Shown one piece after another: positions 62,784 to 64,000 of a stretch of 64,000 nt of DNA. The notes beneath the pieces are model-generated. The model had not been told where the DNA came from and ran no database searches. It saw only the letters and a program-made list of their open reading frames with translations. Both the position numbers and the translations under genes were made by a program. Numbering within the stretch: position 1 is the stretch's first letter; every line of letters starts with the position of its first letter. Origin of the DNA: Gammaproteobacteria bacterium (GTDB taxonomy: Bacteria; Pseudomonadota; Gammaproteobacteria; Eutrophobiales; Eutrophobiaceae); contig OZ220696.1 of the NCBI GenBank assembly GCA_965116495.1, forward strand, positions 2,624,001 through 2,688,000, written 5' to 3'.

Positions 62784-63871
62784 AAGAGGTCAGCTTCTCA
62801 CAGAGATTGCACATTGACGCACCCCTGTTGTTCGGGATCCTGGTGGTAAGCCTGATCGGATACGCGGTGTTGTACAGCGCCAGCGGGCAGGACGCGAATT
62901 TGATCTTTCGCCGTTCAATTCACCTGGCGGCAGCCCTGGTGGTGATGTTTGCCATTGCCCAGGTACCCCCCACCCGTTTATCCCACGTCTCTGTCTGGTT
63001 CTACCTCATCAGTCTCGGCCTGTTAATCCTGGTTTTATTTTTTGGCGAGACAGGGAAAGGCGCGCAGAGATGGTTAGGCTTTGGCCCGTTTCGCTTTCAA
63101 CCATCGGAACTGATGAAGCTGGCCCTGCCCATGGTGATTGCCCGTTATCTCACTGAACAACAACCGCCGCCCACTATCTCGAAGGTAATTGTGACATTGC
63201 TCTTTATCATCGTGCCCGTGTTTCTGGTAGCGAAGCAGCCGGATCTCGGCACGGCAATGCTGATCGCGGTCAGTGGCTTTGCTATCCTGTTCATTGCCGG
63301 GATCAGTTGGAAATTACTTGCGGGTTTTTCTGTGGTTGCATTGTCGTCTGCGCCGGTGATATGGAACCTGATGCACGATTATCAGAAAAAACGGGTACTG
63401 ACGTTTCTGGACCCGGAACAGGACCCGCTGGGTGCGGGGTATCACATTATACAGTCCAAAATAGCCATCGGCTCCGGCGGGTTGTACGGAAAAGGCTGGT
63501 TAAACGGAACCCAGTCACACCTGGAATTTTTACCTGAACGATCCACGGATTTCATTTTCGCGGTTTTTTGTGAAGAGTTCGGGCTGATAGGGGTATTGGT
63601 CCTGGTCACCATATACCTGTTCATCATTGCCAGGTGCCTGTATATTTCCATGCAATCACAAGACCTGTATGGAAAGTTGCTCGGTGTGGGTATCGTAACC
63701 AGTTTTTTTGTCTACATAGCCGTCAATATGGGGATGGTGTCAGGGCAATTGCCGGTCGTGGGTATACCCTTGCCGCTGATTAGCCATGGTGGTACATCCG
63801 TAATGACGATCATGGCGGGCTTCGGTATCCTCATGGCAATCCAGACCCATAGAAGACTACTGTCAAATTAA
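62780..63871 (+). CDS. rodA: rod shape-determining protein RodA
   Basis: FQPSE, QPDLGT, LPERSTDFIF, ISHGGT. Confidence 0.96.
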   Translation: MKEVSFSQRLHIDAPLLFGILVVSLIGYAVLYSASGQDANLIFRRSIHLAAALVVMFAIAQVPPTRLSHVSVWFYLISLGLLILVLFFGETGKGAQRWLGFGPFRFQPSELMKLALPMVIARYLTEQQPPPTISKVIVTLLFIIVPVFLVAKQPDLGTAMLIAVSGFAILFIAGISWKLLAGFSVVALSSAPVIWNLMHDYQKKRVLTFLDPEQDPLGAGYHIIQSKIAIGSGGLYGKGWLNGTQSHLEFLPERSTDFIFAVFCEEFGLIGVLVLVTIYLFIIARCLYISMQSQDLYGKLLGVGIVTSFFVYIAVNMGMVSGQLPVVGIPLPLISHGGTSVMTIMAGFGILMAIQTHRRLLSN

Positions 63872-63872
63872 T

Positions 63873-64000
63873 ATGAAATTCAAAACAGTTATTGCCGGCG
63901 CGACAGGGGACGGAATTCAATTCTGTCCCCATTGTCGAATTAATGTGAAATTCAGTATCGCTGTTATCGGTTGTGTTTTTCTGTTTTTCAGCCACGCCAG
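63873..64000 (+). CDS. start of an exported protein (mltB expected by synteny); runs off window
   Basis: Open frame from ATG 63873 or GTG 63945 with a signal-peptide-like stretch; identity inferred from position only. Confidence 0.4.
   Translation, partial: MKFKTVIAGATGDGIQFCPHCRINVKFSIAVIGCVFLFFSHA

Overview
Gammaproteobacterial-looking chromosome segment (gatCAB divergent from mreBCD-mrdA-rodA at the right end). The left ~24 kb is one minus-strand locus encoding an Afp/PVC-type extracellular contractile injection system (eCIS): three sheath genes (one split by an IS1634-family element), two tubes, Afp6/7/8/9/11/13/12 equivalents and the start of the tape measure. It is preceded by a phage-like late-control block: an 81-aa ORF, a lambdoid Q-type antiterminator, and a translationally coupled lysis cassette (putative holin, SLT endolysin, two-component spanin). 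The most striking observation is non-coding. Three copies of one promoter-like architecture (TGGTAAATT-N5-TTG(C/A)(A/C)G-N17-TATAAA, then a -10-like hexamer near +1) sit upstream of two strong intrinsic terminators, one guarding orf81-Q-lysis and one guarding the first sheath gene. This resembles a lambda pR'-pause-tR' circuit wired to an eCIS. The rest of the window holds decayed TA remnants, an AAA ATPase/DUF4276 pair (IS4-disrupted) with an orphan hsdR, liuRABCD, amine dehydrogenase large and small subunits lacking mauED, trpB2, several truncated genes, an ECF-FecR-TonB receptor-phoD module, VapBC and an acyl-CoA synthetase. All family calls come from motif recognition by eye; no database searches were run.
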